From: Lingula anatina
Taxonomy: Eukaryota > Animalia > Brachiopoda
Assembly: GCA_051362555.1 (NCBI GenBank)
Contig: CM120640.1
Coordinates: 46,478,788 to 46,542,787, forward strand
Reading direction: 5' to 3'
Length of the DNA stretch: 64,000 nt
The translations under genes and the position numbers were made by a program. The notes under the pieces were generated by a model. That model saw only the letters and a program-made list of their open reading frames with translations. It did not search any database and was not told where the DNA came from. This document shows, piece after piece, positions 60,201-64,000 of this stretch. Position 1 is the first letter of the stretch. Every line of letters starts with the position of its first letter.

Positions 60201-63200
60201 ATTTCCCCCAAAAAGTAAAGTTAAGCTATAGCAAACATACTTAAATCAGTCTTTCCATCCAGGTAGCATATCTCAGAATCCTTCATTATTGAAATGTCGG
60301 GTATCTGCTAGGCATAGTTTTTTTTTTTTTTTTTTTTTGTGCTAAGCTACTTCATGGTACTCGACAGCTGTATAAAAGAGGACTGAATTATTGTTAGCAT
60401 TTAGTTTATTTATGTATTCATCTGTTTGTTATTCTCAAAAGGCTTGATAGTCAGTTGTACAACGTGTTCAAATCTCGGCAAAGCATAAGGAAGGAAATCC
60501 TTGAGTATGAATGTGCAGACAGGGATCTTGATCTGAAGATACACAAGAAAGAGAAAGCTTTGGCAAGACTGGCAAACATTGCACTAGATGGACAGAGATA
60601 TGAACAGGTGTGTTTATTGTGTATAATTGCATATGTAAAAAAATCACCTTCAAGTTGACACATTTCAGTGTGAAATAAAATAAATTGTGGGGTTTTGTGG
60701 TTGTCTTTGCAGAACATTTGTTGTATTTGTATTTTTTTTTTTTACTTTGTTTTGTATTCCTCAAGGCTGTCCAGTTTGGTTCCTCATTATTGCTCCTAAA
60801 CATAAATATGTTTTAATTTTTTTCATAATTTTTTTTCTCGTATATTTGCTAGGCATGCTCCAGAATTCAAAGGACAATAGATGCAGCCAAGTCGCGACAG
60901 ACCAGTCTTCGTACACGGCTTGGTCACTCTGAAGAAAAGATGCAGGAGAATGTATCCTGTCTTCAGCGTCTGGAAGGAGAGATGAAAGCTTGTGGCAGAG
61001 ATGGGGTCATGCCAGAGGTAAGGATGAGGTAGTAGTTTGTCAGCCTCCTTCTCCTCTGGGAGATTCACACAAAAGAAAAAAAGAGAAGACAGGTCCATAA
61101 TTGACATAGATGCCATGTTCTGACTGTGGAAAAATGATCAGTGATGCTTCGTTAATGTATATATTCATAAATGGAACAAAAAAAAAATGGAAAAAATAAA
61201 TATTTGGCTTGTTTTACAAAAGTGTTACTAGTCATCAGGACAGGGGGCATGTTGCATTCTTATAAAAACACTGTCAGTAAATAAATACTGCCATGTTTAT
61301 ACAAAATGTTATATCTTTCCATTTACATGTGTGGAAGTGTGTGTTTCAGATGCTGTCATCTCATCTGTCAATATGGCATTTGGACGTGGAGTTGAGGGAC
61401 ACCAAGAGACATGTCAAGTGCCTAAGAAAGATTGCCAGGAACATGGAGAGAGAGGCACAGGCCAGTGACAGGTAGCTGAAATGAAATTTTAGTTTTGCTT
61501 TTCAAATTTTCTTTTTTGTGTTAAGATTTGCAAAATAGAGCATGCCCTTTAATATACTCACAGCAGGTGTAGTCATAGAAACCATCTGCAGAAATTCATT
61601 TATACTACACAGACCATTCAAGTTATCTTGCTGTCTCAAATTTAAATAGCCTTCATTGTGTCCATGTCTTAAATGCAGCATTTAATATACTTTTGAATGA
61701 ACAAAAGAGCTGCCCCTGAAGTTGCATTTTTTCAAAGATAGCAAGTCTTTTTCCTTCAGGCTATTGGTTATTTCCAACACTGAATGATGATAATAACATG
61801 ATTTTTTTTTTACCTTGAACCAGGTTAATGTCTGCATTACTGACTGCCTTCAAAAAACAGTATCTCATACTGAAGGGGCACAACCTGGCCACGTCAGATA
61901 TAGAGGCAGAATTTGATGGTATACTAGAACTAGCTGAGACGGGAGACAGGGAGGTGGTGTGGGCTGACCAAAGTATGGGTTCTTCTGAGACCAGGGAGGG
62001 AAGACATGAAAGTGACTTCAGTTTTGATAAACTGTTGAGTTTTCCTGTGCTCAGCTTTGCTACATCTTCGCGTGAGTATGAACAATGAGCCTAACTTCAT
62101 TGTTGTATATTTTGCATTCGTCTTTCTACTCGCAATTTAAATAGAACATAATCAAAATTGTAGCATAGTGATTATATAGCATTTAAGTTGAAGAGTTGTG
62201 GCCCCAGAACAGCATCTGATTCAGGGGTAGAAATACTTTTATCTTACTTTTAAAAAATTATTATTATAATTATTTTTTTTCCTTTGGAGAGGGGGCGGTG
62301 CCTTTTTCTATAGAAAAAGTTCAATTTTTTTTCTAATTGGTGGTGTTTGGTTTTTCTGTCCTCCGGGTGTAAGGTTATATACTGTTTGAATTGCAGCCAT
62401 CACGTGTCATAAGCCAAGAAGGAAATCTGGTGGGTTCACTCCATCAAAGACACCTATATCAGTGAAAAAAGGTGAAATGTGGATATATTTGTACTCTTTT
62501 TCAAAAAAAAAAAAGCAAACAGAAAAATTCATTATCACTCTGTCATTTGTTCTTCTAAAAGATAATAATAGGTGAGACCATCACATTGCTTTGAAATAAA
62601 TAAATCTGGTTTTAAATTATATTAGGTATTAACACACCAGTGCATACTCCAAGCCATGGATCCCAGGTGACAGTGGCGGCACCCCAGTCTGACTCCAGCC
62701 ATGCAGAGGGTCTATACCGCACCAAGTCACAGACAGATCTCACACAAGGTTGCTTTCCAGTGCCAGACCAAGCTCAACAAAGTCCTGTGCAAACTGTAAC
62801 TGTAAAGTCCAGTACAGTTTCCAATGATGTAGTGAGCACCAAAGAAGAGCACTGTCTAAATGAGACCTTTAGCCTACCTGTAGAGGAATGTACTCAGCTT
62901 CAAGCAACTGTAACAGCCACAATATCTCAGCAACAGCCCACTGTAGTATTTGCAGAAACAGCTGTAGAAAATAAAGCTATGGCCCCAGTACACATAAGGC
63001 AGAATGCACAAGCAGTTGTTCCAAAAAGTAACTGCAGCAACAGCATCACTAAGACAGATACCTTGAGGAACCAGAACCGTGTTCATACACCACCCCCATC
63101 AAATCTCCACTTCCAGTCACAGGGTCATCAAGTTCAGTCTCAGACTATCACTAAATCACAGTCCGGCAGTGTGGTTGTTGCTGAAGGTAGTGAACTTGGA

Positions 63201-63633
63201 GAGAAGTGTGAGAGGAAGCCAAAAAGTCATGTCGTTAGAGCTATGCAGTTTGATGGACACAACATTGGAAGTCCTGTGGGTTAGTATTTTGTTTTTATTA
63301 TCTAAGTGCCAAAGAAGCTAGGTGATATCTTGTAATGTACTTGATATGTTTTATCATTTTGTGCTGAATTTAATTCTGTTCCTTCAATTATATTCATTTT
63401 TCATTACTGTATTTCTTAATGTCCTTCATACATTTTCTATAATTCTGCATCATTTTAATTTTTTTTCTATTTTTTTTTTTTTTAGGTAAAATGTCATTTG
63501 CAGATGCTGTGAAGTCACCAGCAAGATCTGCTGTACTTCAGGCCCACAGAGCACCTCTGTCTCCCTTGACCAACACACCACAGAGACTGGGGACACCAAA
63601 ATCAGGACCAAGTCTAGAAAGCAGCCAGTCTAA
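56366..63633 (+). CDS. KIF18A: Kinesin-8 family motor (KIF18A/B-like), 3' end beyond the window
   Basis: Exons 56366-56765, 57210-57367, 57657-57760, 58014-58124, 58323-58520, 58735-58835, 59234-59309, 59563-59637, 59938-60041, ~60442-60607, ~60852-61017, ~61350-61471, ~61824-62071, ~62397-62471, ~62626-63279, 63486-63633 (ends at a donor). Motifs VRVRP, VLVFDP, extended basic loop 2 (KRRKRRD..NKD), [47 protein letters not shown]. Confidence 0.93.
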
Positions 63634-64000
63634 GTAAGTTGGCTTCATCAGAGACATGACCTGGTCTATTAAATTATTTATTAGCTCACTAAATTATATG
63701 ATCCCATTAAGACTTCATTAAATCTCTGTAATGCAAATCTGGAGCATTGTTTTGTTGAATTTATCATTAAAATGAAATTAATTTCATTAAAGTCTATCAT
63801 GTAACTTTACATTCCTACGCATGTCTTTTTTTCCATTTCCTGTATGTATGTGTAGATCATGTAAAAGAAACGTGTGCATACTTACAACTGATGAAAATTT
63901 GACATGATATCATATTTATTTTTTAGATGTGAAATATTCTGGTAAACAGCTGTATTATTGTAAAGCTGCCATTTATTTCTGAATCATTTCTCAATCAGGA

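Overview
AT-rich, intron-containing animal genomic DNA, probably a marine invertebrate such as a mollusc or other lophotrochozoan (inference from gene content and repeat families). No prokaryotic features, rRNA, tRNA or CRISPR arrays were seen. Genes in order: (1,2) a tandem pair of intact 8-exon anion-type Cys-loop receptor subunits (+) with unusual ligand-binding loops and pore residues; (3) a 4-exon secreted protein (-) joining an IGFBP-like Cys-rich domain to a thyroglobulin type-1 domain, whose last two exons are not translated in the ORF track; (4) a 2-exon vanin/pantetheinase (-); (5) a 22-exon PARP14-like mono-ADP-ribosyltransferase (-) with RRM, a triplicated KH-like module, two macrodomains, WWE and an H-Y-I catalytic domain; (6) a single-CDS-exon GT92 glycosyltransferase (-), next to a duplicate of its flanks that lacks the ORF; (7) kinesin-8/KIF18 (+), running off the window, with a CCAAT/CHR-like G2/M promoter and a 3.5-kb CACTA-type element in its putative first intron. 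Many MITEs and decayed elements are present (ISL2EU, L1/Tx1, Gypsy, Tc1, Penelope-like with hammerhead-like cores). Exon boundaries were derived by eye from splice signals and frame continuity; no database searches were run.
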